A stretch of 64,000 nucleotides of DNA from IMG/VR virus record IMGVR_UViG_2824317532_000001, positions 1 to 64,000 of that record. The stretch is one strand, 5' to 3'. The position numbers and the translations under genes were made by a program. The notes under the pieces were generated by a model, which searched no databases, had not been told where the DNA came from, and worked only from the letters and a program-made list of their open reading frames with translations. The stretch is from a virus (Duplodnaviria > Caudoviricetes). Below, piece after piece: positions 55,903 to 64,000 of the stretch (position 1 is its first letter; each line of letters opens with the position of its first letter).

Positions 55903-58797
55903 GTGCCGGTTCTGCTGCCTGGCCTGCTCACCTCCCCCAGCCCAGGTACCACCGGCCTGTTTCCGGAAGAGGACCTGGAACTCACCTGCGAAGCAGCCTG
56001 GGGTGCCGACCTCGATGCAGAGCCCGACTCGTGGGAGTGGACGGACTTGTCGGATCGGGTCATCGACTCTCCGATCAGCATCACCCGCGGTGTGCTGGTC
56101 GGCGGCCGCACGTCGCGGGGTACGTCGGGCACGGTTGCGCTGCTCAACGAAGACGGCTGGCTGTCGCTGCATCATCCGGGGAGCCCGTGGTGGCCGCACG
56201 TGGACGCCGGCACGCCGGTGCGGATCTCGGTGCGGACCCGCACCGTGCCGTATCTGACTGACACGTTCACGCGCACCGTGGCGTCCGGCTGGGGCACGGC
56301 AGAGGCTGTCAGCGGTGAGGGCGGCACGAGCTGGCTCAACACCAGCGGCCTGTCCGTCGACGGGACCGCGGCGCAGATCTCGTGCGCGGTGTCGAACACC
56401 GTCTACACGTCCCGCATCTTCAAGCCCCACCGGGATGTGGACGTCACCTACGACGTCGCCTCCTCGGTAGTCACCACCGGCGGACCGTTGGCCACCGGGC
56501 CGACACTGCGGGCCAGCACCTCCAACGCCGACCACAGTTGGCCGCTGCTGGAGTTTCAGCCCGACGCCTCTCTACGGTGGGCGCTGTGGAGACGGCTCAG
56601 CGGCTCCTACACGCAGCTCGAAACCGCCACCATTCCCGGCCTCACCTACACAGTCGGCACCGTCATCCGGGTCCGATTCCTACTGATCGGCGCCCGGCTG
56701 CGGGCAAAAGCGTGGCTGGCCGCCGGGATCGAGCCGGGCGAGTGGACTCTCGACTACACGTTCACCGACGCCGCGTTGATCGCCGGAGGAAACTACTTCG
56801 GCATCGCGGCCTGGCCGATCTCGACGCTGAGTAATCCGCTGCCGGTCTCCGTGTCGATCGACAACCTCACGATCACCCAGCCCCGCTATCCGCGGATCGA
56901 GGGCTACATCGCCGACATCAAGGCCTCCTACCAGCCGGTCGACGACGAAACCACCCACTCGATCGCCGTGATCGACATCGGTGGGGTCGGAACCCGCCTT
57001 GAACTGCGGGACTCCGACGCGTGGTCGCCGATGCGGCGTTCCATCCAGTGGGGTGACGCCGATCCGGTCGCCTACTGGCATTGTGAGGACGCCGACCGTG
57101 CCACCCAGGCCGCGTCGGGGATCACCGGCCAGCCGGCGTTGCAGGTGACCGGCCCGGTGGTGTTCTCGTTCGACACTGGCGAACCCGAAGACACCCTCAT
57201 CAGCCGCTACGGATCCAAGAATTTGTGTTCTGTTGCGGCGGGCGCCCGCTTGTCGACCGCGTTCACGCCCAGCTCGGTGCAGAACGAGTGGACGGTCGGG
57301 ATCACCGCGCAGGTGATCGCCGCGCTGGTGCCGGTGTCCGAGATTCGCATGCTGGAATGGTCGACGCTCGGCACCTTCACCCGCTGGGCGCTCGTGTCCA
57401 CGGCAACGGGTCATGAGGTACGCGCCTACAACGACGTCGCCGGGACGTCGACCACAGCGTGTTCGACAGTGAACTCGGTGAATGCGCTGTGCGGCTTCGA
57501 CGTTCAGGCGGTCCAGGCCGGCGCCAACATCGACGTCACCCTGCTCCTGGACACGGTTGTCTACGCCGCCGGCAGCGTCGCCGGCACACTCGGGGCGCCG
57601 CATGCGATCGAAGTCAACCCGGACCGGGCCAATACCACCGGCTCCACCAGCGCGTTCGGCATCAGGTGGCTGGCCGGGCATGTGGTCATCCACGACACGG
57701 CTACCGCCTCCTCGCTGCCGTACTACTACGACGACGATCTCACCTTGTACCGGGCCGATCAGGGCTGGTATCGGGAGCCCACCCATTTGCGGGCGGATCG
57801 GGTCTCCCGGGAGGGCCGGGTACCGTTCCGGCTGGTCGCGGAGCCGGACGAGGTGACCCGGCTCAACAGCCAGCAGGAGGGAACCACCCCGGACCTATTG
57901 GTTGCCGCGGTGGAGGCCGAGTCGGGTGGGCTGCTGTACGAGGCAGGGTTCGGCTACGAGATGCTGCCCCGTGTCGCCCGCTACAACCGGGCCGTCGATC
58001 TGACCATCGACCTGGCTACCTACCGGCGCACTGGTGGCACGGATCCGGCCGAGGTTCTGCAACCACAGCTGCGGTTGAAGGAGCCGACGATCTGGACTGT
58101 TCAGCGGACCGGCGGTTCCCAGGCCATGTGGGCGGCGGACGCCGAGTACCGGAAGCGGCGCGGCAATCTGGCTGCCTCCAAAACCCTGGACCTGTTGGAG
58201 GACGGGGATCTGCTCGGGCACGCCCAGTGGCGCATCCACCTGGTCGAGGATGCCCGGGGCGCTCACTACCCGGGCGCGTCGATTGATTTGACCGCGAACC
58301 CCGATTTGATCGACGACTGGCTGCTGTGCGCCCCCGGTGCCCGGGTGCAGCGCATCAACCAGCCGCTTACTGCCGGGCTCGGCACGGTCGATCAGGTTGC
58401 GGAGGGTCTCTCGGAGACGCTCGGCCGCCGTACGTGGGTGGCGTCGATCGAGGGCGCGCCGGCTGAGGTGTGGGATGTGGGCCTGTACGACGACGCGTGG
58501 CTGGCCGATTCGGTGTCCACCACTCTGGTTGCTGATCAGCCGGCGACGTCGGTGGGTGCGGTGGAGTCGTGGCAGATCTCCACGGCTCTGCTCGGGGACG
58601 TGTGGGAGACGGTCGACGTCGGCTACGTCTGGGAGTCGAACGGTGAAGAAGTCACGGTGACAGCGATGGGCGCGGTCACCGGGTCCGGCCCCTACCTGCA
58701 AACCGCCACCGTGGAACGCGGGGCAAACGGCATTGTGAAGGCACACCGCGCCGGTGACCTGATTCAGTTGGCGGACCCCGCCACCTACTCACTCTGA
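55903..58797 (+). CDS. minor tail protein (distal tail/hub with LamG-like insert)
   Basis: WTDLSDRV..ITRG..LLNEDG; PVAYWHCED; ATVERGANGIVKAHRAG. Confidence 0.8.
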   Translation: MPVLLPGLLTSPSPGTTGLFPEEDLELTCEAAWGADLDAEPDSWEWTDLSDRVIDSPISITRGVLVGGRTSRGTSGTVALLNEDGWLSLHHPGSPWWPHVDAGTPVRISVRTRTVPYLTDTFTRTVASGWGTAEAVSGEGGTSWLNTSGLSVDGTAAQISCAVSNTVYTSRIFKPHRDVDVTYDVASSVVTTGGPLATGPTLRASTSNADHSWPLLEFQPDASLRWALWRRLSGSYTQLETATIPGLTYTVGTVIRVRFLLIGARLRAKAWLAAGIEPGEWTLDYTFTDAALIAGGNYFGIAAWPISTLSNPLPVSVSIDNLTITQPRYPRIEGYIADIKASYQPVDDETTHSIAVIDIGGVGTRLELRDSDAWSPMRRSIQWGDADPVAYWHCEDADRATQAASGITGQPALQVTGPVVFSFDTGEPEDTLISRYGSKNLCSVAAGARLSTAFTPSSVQNEWTVGITAQVIAALVPVSEIRMLEWSTLGTFTRWALVSTATGHEVRAYNDVAGTSTTACSTVNSVNALCGFDVQAVQAGANIDVTLLLDTVVYAAGSVAGTLGAPHAIEVNPDRANTTGSTSAFGIRWLAGHVVIHDTATASSLPYYYDDDLTLYRADQGWYREPTHLRADRVSREGRVPFRLVAEPDEVTRLNSQQEGTTPDLLVAAVEAESGGLLYEAGFGYEMLPRVARYNRAVDLTIDLATYRRTGGTDPAEVLQPQLRLKEPTIWTVQRTGGSQAMWAADAEYRKRRGNLAASKTLDLLEDGDLLGHAQWRIHLVEDARGAHYPGASIDLTANPDLIDDWLLCAPGARVQRINQPLTAGLGTVDQVAEGLSETLGRRTWVASIEGAPAEVWDVGLYDDAWLADSVSTTLVADQPATSVGAVESWQISTALLGDVWETVDVGYVWESNGEEVTVTAMGAVTGSGPYLQTATVERGANGIVKAHRAGDLIQLADPATYSL

Positions 58798-58810
58798 CAG
58801 GGGGTGGCGG

Positions 58811-59230
58811 GTGGCTGTCGCCGGGAAACGCATCCCCGCCAGCGAGATCAACGGACTGTTGGCGGGCTGGCAGACGTACAGCCCGCTGCTGTACTCGGCC
58901 ATGAGCACGACCAAATCCTCGATCACCCGCACGGTATCCGCAGCCCAGTACGTGGTTCGCGCCGGGCTGGTGAACGTCATGGTCGACGTGCTGGCCGGCG
59001 CCACCAGCTCGGGCGGGTGCGGGCTGCAGCTGCCGGTGTCGGCGTTGGCGTCGACTCCGCCGCTGCTCGGGCAGGCGATCATCACTGGTTCGGGGGCGCC
59101 GACGACACCGTTGGCGGCGATGGTGGTGTCGACCCTCGACACGATCGTGATCATGTTGCCGTCCACGTCGTTCCAGGACATCACCAGCGGCCAAAGGCTT
59201 CGGGTCAACCTCACCTACCGCAGCGTCTAG
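58811..59230 (+). CDS. minor tail protein
   Basis: AGKRIPASEIN..WQTYSP..LPV. Confidence 0.7.
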   Translation: MAVAGKRIPASEINGLLAGWQTYSPLLYSAMSTTKSSITRTVSAAQYVVRAGLVNVMVDVLAGATSSGGCGLQLPVSALASTPPLLGQAIITGSGAPTTPLAAMVVSTLDTIVIMLPSTSFQDITSGQRLRVNLTYRSV

Positions 59231-59243
59231 GAAAGGGGCGGCC

Positions 59244-60206
59244 GTGACCGCAGCGAAACCCCATCACCTCACCGCCCGCCGGCTGCTGCTTGACCACCTC
59301 GACGTGCATCCTGGTAAGACGGTCGGTAACGACCTCGACCCGCTGGAGTTGGGTCTGGTCGGCGACACTGCCCACCAGGCGGGCGGCGACTCCTACCATC
59401 TGGGCAAGGACAAGATCCGGGCGCGGGCGGGCCGGGACCGGTATTCGGTCGACGAGTCCCCGCGCGATCAGCGCGGCTTGAGCGACTACGCGTCGGCGAT
59501 GGACATCGGCACCTTCAAGGTCACCACAGGGCGCGGCGTGTTCGACCTGTACGACTTCAACGCCTGGCTCATCGCCCTGTGCAAGGCCGGGGATCCGGAC
59601 ACCGCCGACCTGCGGGAAGTCATCTACAGCCCGGACGGCCGGACGGTGAAGCGCTGGGATCGGCTCGGCCGGCGTATGAGCGGCGACACCTCGCACCTGA
59701 CCCACACCCACCTGTCGGAGCACCGCGACGCCGACGGGCATCGCATGGTGCGGCTGGCCACCCGCTGGCTGCAGCACATCGGCAAAATCCCCGAGGAGGA
59801 CGACGTGACGAAGGCCGAGTTCCTGGCCCTGCTCAAGGACAAGGACGTTCGGGTGGCACTGGCCAGCGCACTGCTGACCGCTGACGGGCTCATCCCCGGC
59901 CCGCCCGGATCGGTGAATGCGGACGGCACCCCGAACACCCACTGGACGCTCGCCTCCTACGCCCAGTGGACCTACCGGCACGCCGATTCCGCACGGCTGC
60001 TCGCCGACACCGCCCTCAAGGCGATCACCGCGCTGGCGCAGCAGGACCACATCGACGAGCAGGCCCTCGCCGCGGCGATCGCCCCGCTCGTCGCGCAGGG
60101 CGTGGTGGCGGCGCTGCCCGCGGACCGCGACGACATCACCACGGCCGAACTCGAACAGGCGCTGGCAGGTGTGTTCGCCCGACTCGGCCAGCAGTCAGGC
60201 GCGTAG
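59244..60206 (+). CDS. endolysin (M15-like Zn peptidase)
   Basis: GDTAH..SYH..AMDIG..EVIY..SHLTHTHLS; first gene after the tail module. Confidence 0.75.
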   Translation: MTAAKPHHLTARRLLLDHLDVHPGKTVGNDLDPLELGLVGDTAHQAGGDSYHLGKDKIRARAGRDRYSVDESPRDQRGLSDYASAMDIGTFKVTTGRGVFDLYDFNAWLIALCKAGDPDTADLREVIYSPDGRTVKRWDRLGRRMSGDTSHLTHTHLSEHRDADGHRMVRLATRWLQHIGKIPEEDDVTKAEFLALLKDKDVRVALASALLTADGLIPGPPGSVNADGTPNTHWTLASYAQWTYRHADSARLLADTALKAITALAQQDHIDEQALAAAIAPLVAQGVVAALPADRDDITTAELEQALAGVFARLGQQSGA

Positions 60207-60242
60207 CCGCCTTCCCACCACAACTACATACGGGGAGCCGCC

Positions 60243-60554
60243 GTGCACCACCACATCGATGCCGTGTCGCTGCTGTTCCAGGCCGCCAATACTGCAATCG
60301 TCACCGGGTATCTGTCGGTGCCGTTCCTGGTGCTGCCCTATCTGCCGCTGACGCGCATGGTGCGGCTGTTCGGCGCGGGATTCTTCGTGGGCTGCGCGGG
60401 CAGCCACACGTGGATGGCGGTCATGGGCCACGACGGCTGGCCGTGGATGCTGTGGCACGTCGCCCAGGCCGTATGCACCTGGGGGTTCATCCTCGCGTTC
60501 CGGCAGATGCTGCGCCGAGCCCAGCAGCGCCGTGGCGGTGGGGGCCCGCAGTGA
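60243..60554 (+). CDS. three-TM membrane protein (lysis cassette)
   Basis: Hydrophobic helices. Confidence 0.65.
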   Translation: MHHHIDAVSLLFQAANTAIVTGYLSVPFLVLPYLPLTRMVRLFGAGFFVGCAGSHTWMAVMGHDGWPWMLWHVAQAVCTWGFILAFRQMLRRAQQRRGGGGPQ

Positions 60555-61072
60555 CCGGCGAGGAAACGATCGACGCCCTCGCCCGAACCCTGGACGCCCT
60601 CGACGACCATCTGCGGTCGTCGGATGCGACGGCCCGCCGCTCGGAACGCAACCGGCTGTCGATGCTGCACCTCCACGCGCTGGCCGCCTGCTACATCGGC
60701 CCGCTGTTCACCCTGATCGGCGAGGAAAGCCGCCGCGGCGCCGCATGGGCGGTGATCCGGCTGATCCCGGGCAGCACCACCTCACTGGGTGTGCTCCTCA
60801 CCGCCGGTGGTGTGGTGCTCGGCGTGGCCACGTGGCGGCGGGCCCTCGTCTGGGAGATGGCAGGGCTGTGTGTGCTGCTGTCCTGGTATCTGATCGTGGC
60901 GGTGTCGTTCGGGCTCGGCGCGGCGGGCTGGTATCTGCGCTGGGACTGGGTGGACGGGTCCCGGCCTGCACCGTACGCCCACGGCATCTATCTACACCTG
61001 TTCACCATCATGATCGTGCATTTGGGGACGTTAGCGAAGATCCGCCGGGCTCGGCGGAAGGCAGCCCGATGA
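60551..61072 (+). CDS. four-TM membrane protein (lysis cassette)
   Basis: Hydrophobic helices, GTGA overlap. Confidence 0.65.
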   Translation: MTGEETIDALARTLDALDDHLRSSDATARRSERNRLSMLHLHALAACYIGPLFTLIGEESRRGAAWAVIRLIPGSTTSLGVLLTAGGVVLGVATWRRALVWEMAGLCVLLSWYLIVAVSFGLGAAGWYLRWDWVDGSRPAPYAHGIYLHLFTIMIVHLGTLAKIRRARRKAAR

Positions 61073-61560
61073 GATGGCTGTGGTGGGCCGGCGATGCCCC
61101 GGCTACTCCCCCGGCGTGGCAGACGTGGGCGCCGGCGTTGATCGGTGTGATTGTGGCGGCCGTGGTGGGTGCTGTGGGCACGATCGTGGTGAAGCGGCTG
61201 AACCGGCGTTTGGATGAGGCGACGACGGTGAAGACCGAGGCTGAGACCGGGAAGGCGCGCGCGGAGACCGTGTCGATCGAAGTCGCTACCGCCCGTGGGC
61301 TGCTCGCCGACGTGAAACAGATGATGACCGAGCAGCGGGAAGCCTACGAGCAGCAGATCGCCATGGCGCGCGGCCAGCAGGAGGCACAGATCCAGTCGGT
61401 GCGGGTTCAGCATCAGGCGGATATGCGCACCATGGAAGCCCGCCTGTCCGGGGTGGAGAAGGCGTTCCGTCGGCACGCCGAGTGGGACGATCAGGCCACG
61501 ACCGTTCTGCGGCGGGTGCATCCGGATTTCCCGGATCCGCCGCCGGTCACGTTCGACTGA
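61069..61560 (+). CDS. TM plus coiled-coil protein (lysis accessory)
   Basis: N-terminal TM, coiled coil, PDFPDPPP tail. Confidence 0.65.
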   Translation: MRWLWWAGDAPATPPAWQTWAPALIGVIVAAVVGAVGTIVVKRLNRRLDEATTVKTEAETGKARAETVSIEVATARGLLADVKQMMTEQREAYEQQIAMARGQQEAQIQSVRVQHQADMRTMEARLSGVEKAFRRHAEWDDQATTVLRRVHPDFPDPPPVTFD

Positions 61561-61601
61561 ACATCCTTCACGCCTAGTCGTCGCGCAGCTAGAGTGTGCG
61601 C

Positions 61602-61805
61602 ATGACATCTAGCGTCAAGCTAATGGGTGCGCACGAAATCCGGGTCCGGCTCGGCGGCGTTTCCCGCCAGCGCGCCTACCAGATCACCCAACGCGCAGAC
61701 TTCCCCAAACCGGTCGCAGACCTGGAGCAGGGCAAAGTCTGGCTGGCCTCGGATGTCGAAGCCTGGGTGAAGGTCAAGCGCCCGCACCAGGACGACGAAG
61801 ACTAA
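61602..61805 (+). CDS. AlpA-like HTH DNA-binding protein (leaderless)
   Basis: MGAHEIRVRLGGVSRQRAYQI..DFPKPVADL..GKVWLASDVEAW. Confidence 0.82.
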   Translation: MTSSVKLMGAHEIRVRLGGVSRQRAYQITQRADFPKPVADLEQGKVWLASDVEAWVKVKRPHQDDED

Positions 61806-61987
61806 GCCGCTTCGACCAGCGTCTCGAACGCCGGTCCAAGGATTCGTTCCACCGTCGCGATCGCCGCTTTCTCGGCCACGACGGTGTTGGCATGCGACAC
61901 CCGATACCAGCGTTCCCGCCCGGACCTGACGACCTCTACCCGCCAGTAGCCGTCGGGTGTCTGCATCGCCGCCTCGACCCGCTTCAT
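61802..61987 (-). CDS. small hypothetical protein (leaderless)
   Basis: TPDGYWRVEVVR..WYRV; TAGCTT-N6-ATG. Confidence 0.65.
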   Translation of the reverse strand: MKRVEAAMQTPDGYWRVEVVRSGRERWYRVSHANTVVAEKAAIATVERILGPAFETLVEAA

Positions 61988-62037
61988 GCCGCGAAGCTAC
62001 CCGCCCTGATCGCTCAAATCACGGGGCTGGCCTGGAA

Positions 62038-62280
62038 TTACGCGGCTGTAGTTTCCTGCGCCGGCTCGACCGCTGACCACAGGCCACGACTCAGCATTCG
62101 CTCCGCCCGGTCACACGCGCCCCGCTCGGTCCAGTACGCGTAGCCGCCGCGCCGGGAATGCCAGGCCACCCACCGGCCGTCGCCGGTCTCCCCCAGCCGC
62201 ACCGTGACCGGGCCCTGCCGCCACGCCCGGGTCCAGGTCACCGCCGCGAGCTCGTCTGCCGTCATGCGTTCCGCCCCCAT
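62038..62280 (-). CDS. small hypothetical protein (leaderless)
   Basis: TACGGT-N6-ATG; Trp-rich. Confidence 0.6.
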   Translation of the reverse strand: MGAERMTADELAAVTWTRAWRQGPVTVRLGETGDGRWVAWHSRRGGYAYWTERGACDRAERMLSRGLWSAVEPAQETTAA

Positions 62281-62411
62281 GTGCGCACCGTAACGGCGTC
62301 CGCGCATCTGGCGCACCAGCCACGCCCTGTGGAGCACAGCCGCACCCCACATATGCACCACAGATCACTACACCGCCCCGCAGATTCCTACACAGCCCGG
62401 GAGGGCCCGTC

Positions 62412-62756
62412 ATGAAGATCAGCCGCGAGCCCGCGCTGTACCTGACCCTGTTCGCGACGCTGGTACGGCTGCTCGCCGCGTTCTGGCTCGACCTGTCCGA
62501 CGGCCAACAGGCCGTTCTCAACGCGACCGCCACCGCGGTCGCGGGTCTCATCGTCGCCGTCTGGGTTCGCCGCGACGGGCAGGTCGCCGCCCTGCTCGGT
62601 GTCGTCCAAGCCGTGCTTGCCCTGGCGGTCGGGTTCGGCGCGGACCTGTCCGCGGAGTCGCAGGCGGTCATCATGTCGTTCGTCGGCACCGCCGCCGCAA
62701 TGTTCGTCCGCACGCAGGTCGACGCGAAAACGCCAGCCGTCGTACACGCCGACTAG
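62412..62756 (+). CDS. holin
   Basis: REPAL.. four TM helices, FVRTQV; GGAGG RBS. Confidence 0.75.
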   Translation: MKISREPALYLTLFATLVRLLAAFWLDLSDGQQAVLNATATAVAGLIVAVWVRRDGQVAALLGVVQAVLALAVGFGADLSAESQAVIMSFVGTAAAMFVRTQVDAKTPAVVHAD

Positions 62757-62760
62757 CCCC

Positions 62761-62800
62761 GTTCTCCAACGTTGCTCCAAGGTTCTCCAAGAACTTGGAG
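62761..62800. repeat. GTT(G)CTCCAA x3 direct plus one inverted copy
   Basis: gttctccaac/gttgctccaag/gttctccaag/aacttggag. Confidence 0.55.
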
Positions 62801-62865
62801 CTGCCACTGATCGGCGTCGGCCGGTCTCGCGCCCCCGCGAAGTCACACCCGGCCGAACGCCATTG

Positions 62866-62916
62866 CGCCCCATCCCGTGAGCTGCCCGCCAGCAGCCACG
62901 GGATGGGGCGTTTCTC
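62866..62916. terminator. hairpin between convergent holin and 62928 genes
   Basis: 14-bp perfect stem CGCCCCATCCCGTG/CACGGGATGGGGCG plus TTTCTC. Confidence 0.7.
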
Positions 62917-62927
62917 TCGTACCCGAG

Positions 62928-63815
62928 CTAACGCCGCCAGACGTTGACCGTCGCCGTCTCCAGCGAATCAGCACCCTCCGGCCCCTTGACGTGACTAGCA
63001 ATCCACGTCGGGCGACGCAACGACCGCTGCGGGCCGTACGCCTGATCCCGCCAGTGCCCGCGGACGATCCACCGGTGCTTGTAGTGTCGGCCGGGCTGGT
63101 CGGGGTCGAGTGGAGGTTGCCCGGAGAGTCGGTACTGTCGGCGCAACTCCACGAGGGTCACCTCGGGATCACCGCGGCCAGCTCGGCCGTAAGCAGCCCG
63201 GATCTTGCGTTCGACCTCGACGGGAACCCGGTCGATGACCGTAGGCTGTTGCATGAGTGCCCACGCCGCAGCCAGGGTGGTCAGCACGGTCCTGTCCCGG
63301 TCCGGCAGCTCGCCCGGGTCCTGCCAATTGTCGTCAACGGCCAAACTCTGCCCGGCAATTGGTACCAGCGGCGGCACCGCAGTGGTGTCGATCCGGGCAC
63401 CGCGCTCGGCAAGCTGGTCTTCGAGCCGGCCGCGGGCCACATAGTAGGAGACCAGCAGCCCTTGCGGGTGCGGACCCCACGACACGGCATCCACGGGGAT
63501 CGGCACGTTCTCGTAGTCGAGGGTGCCAATGCCGCCGTCGAAGACCAGCAAACCATGAGTCGAGGGCCGATCTGCATCCGTCCACCGCACCTGCGGGATC
63601 GTTTCAGCGGCGCCGACGGACAACGCGGCCATCTCCGGCGCCACCCAATACAGATCGGCAACGCCGAGGCTGCGGGCAACGTGGTCGAGTTGGGCAGCCG
63701 TGTCGTCGCGCCCGGATCGGGCCAGACTCGCACGCAGCGCGCTGCCTGGGTCGGCAAGCAGGCGTTGCAGCCCGTCACGGACCTTTGGGAGGCGGGAGGC
63801 TGTCCAGTTACTCAC
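62928..63815 (-). CDS. hypothetical protein with VRGHWR..GP..WI..H.KGP C-terminal motif
   Basis: 295-aa ORF; GTGA overlap with upstream gene. Confidence 0.75.
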   Translation of the reverse strand: MSNWTASRLPKVRDGLQRLLADPGSALRASLARSGRDDTAAQLDHVARSLGVADLYWVAPEMAALSVGAAETIPQVRWTDADRPSTHGLLVFDGGIGTLDYENVPIPVDAVSWGPHPQGLLVSYYVARGRLEDQLAERGARIDTTAVPPLVPIAGQSLAVDDNWQDPGELPDRDRTVLTTLAAAWALMQQPTVIDRVPVEVERKIRAAYGRAGRGDPEVTLVELRRQYRLSGQPPLDPDQPGRHYKHRWIVRGHWRDQAYGPQRSLRRPTWIASHVKGPEGADSLETATVNVWRR

Positions 63816-64000
63816 GGCTGGCCGTCCGGGGCAGGGTACGCAATGCGCAGGCCTGGCACTTCAAGGGCGATCCGGGCGACGACTGCCCGGTGCCACGAGG
63901 CCGGGAACTCGACCTCAGGGTGGGCTGCGTGGTACTCGTGGTCGTTGCGGTACACCAGCACGCCCGGGTCGGGAATGCCGACGAGTTTCTCGACACATCC
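63812..64000 (-). CDS. partial hypothetical protein (3' end)
   Basis: Open frame ..LVYRNDHEY..PASWHRAVVARIA..GQP*. Confidence 0.55.
   Translation of the reverse strand, partial: GCVEKLVGIPDPGVLVYRNDHEYHAAHPEVEFPASWHRAVVARIALEVPGLRIAYPAPDGQP

Larger units (their letters stand above)
1..64000 (+). mobile_element. Actinobacterial temperate siphophage/prophage (partial, both ends outside window)
   Basis: Ordered early, replication, terminase, portal, capsid, tail and lysis modules; no host housekeeping synteny. Confidence 0.95.

Noticed and set aside
61602-62800. attR/excisionase marking the prophage end
   Set aside because: No integrase, tRNA or duplicated core is visible, and phage-like genes continue beyond.

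Overview
The whole window is part of one high-GC actinobacterial temperate siphophage or prophage, with a Micromonosporaceae/Actinoplanes-like gene style (host assignment is inference). No integrase, repressor, att site or host genes are visible, so both prophage ends lie outside the window. 1-30.1 kb (+) is a long chain of early and middle genes coupled by ATGA/GTGA overlaps. It includes a C5 DNA methyltransferase, a DpdA/TGT-like base-exchange enzyme, RecE/RecT-like recombination genes, a DnaQ-like exonuclease, ASCH, RusA-like resolvase, dCTP deaminase, DUF5131, three tandem LuxR-HTH proteins, a replication initiator with an internal origin, DnaB and a SLOG protein. 30.6-59.2 kb is morphogenesis: terminases, a portal-MuF fusion, an 840-aa protease/cargo/2H-phosphoesterase/scaffold polyprotein, decoration protein, major capsid, fibre-like genes, neck, tail, a frameshifted chaperone, tape measure and tailspike. 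Four free-standing nucleases interrupt this module (2 HNH, 1 LAGLIDADG, 1 GIY-YIG). 59.2-64 kb holds the lysis genes and small morons. Best lead: the head-maturation polyprotein appears to carry an Acb1-like 2H phosphodiesterase and a second unknown domain between repeated V-x-A-[A/S] putative self-cleavage sites, which suggests virion-packaged anti-defence cargo. All calls come from motif reading by eye; no database searches were run.
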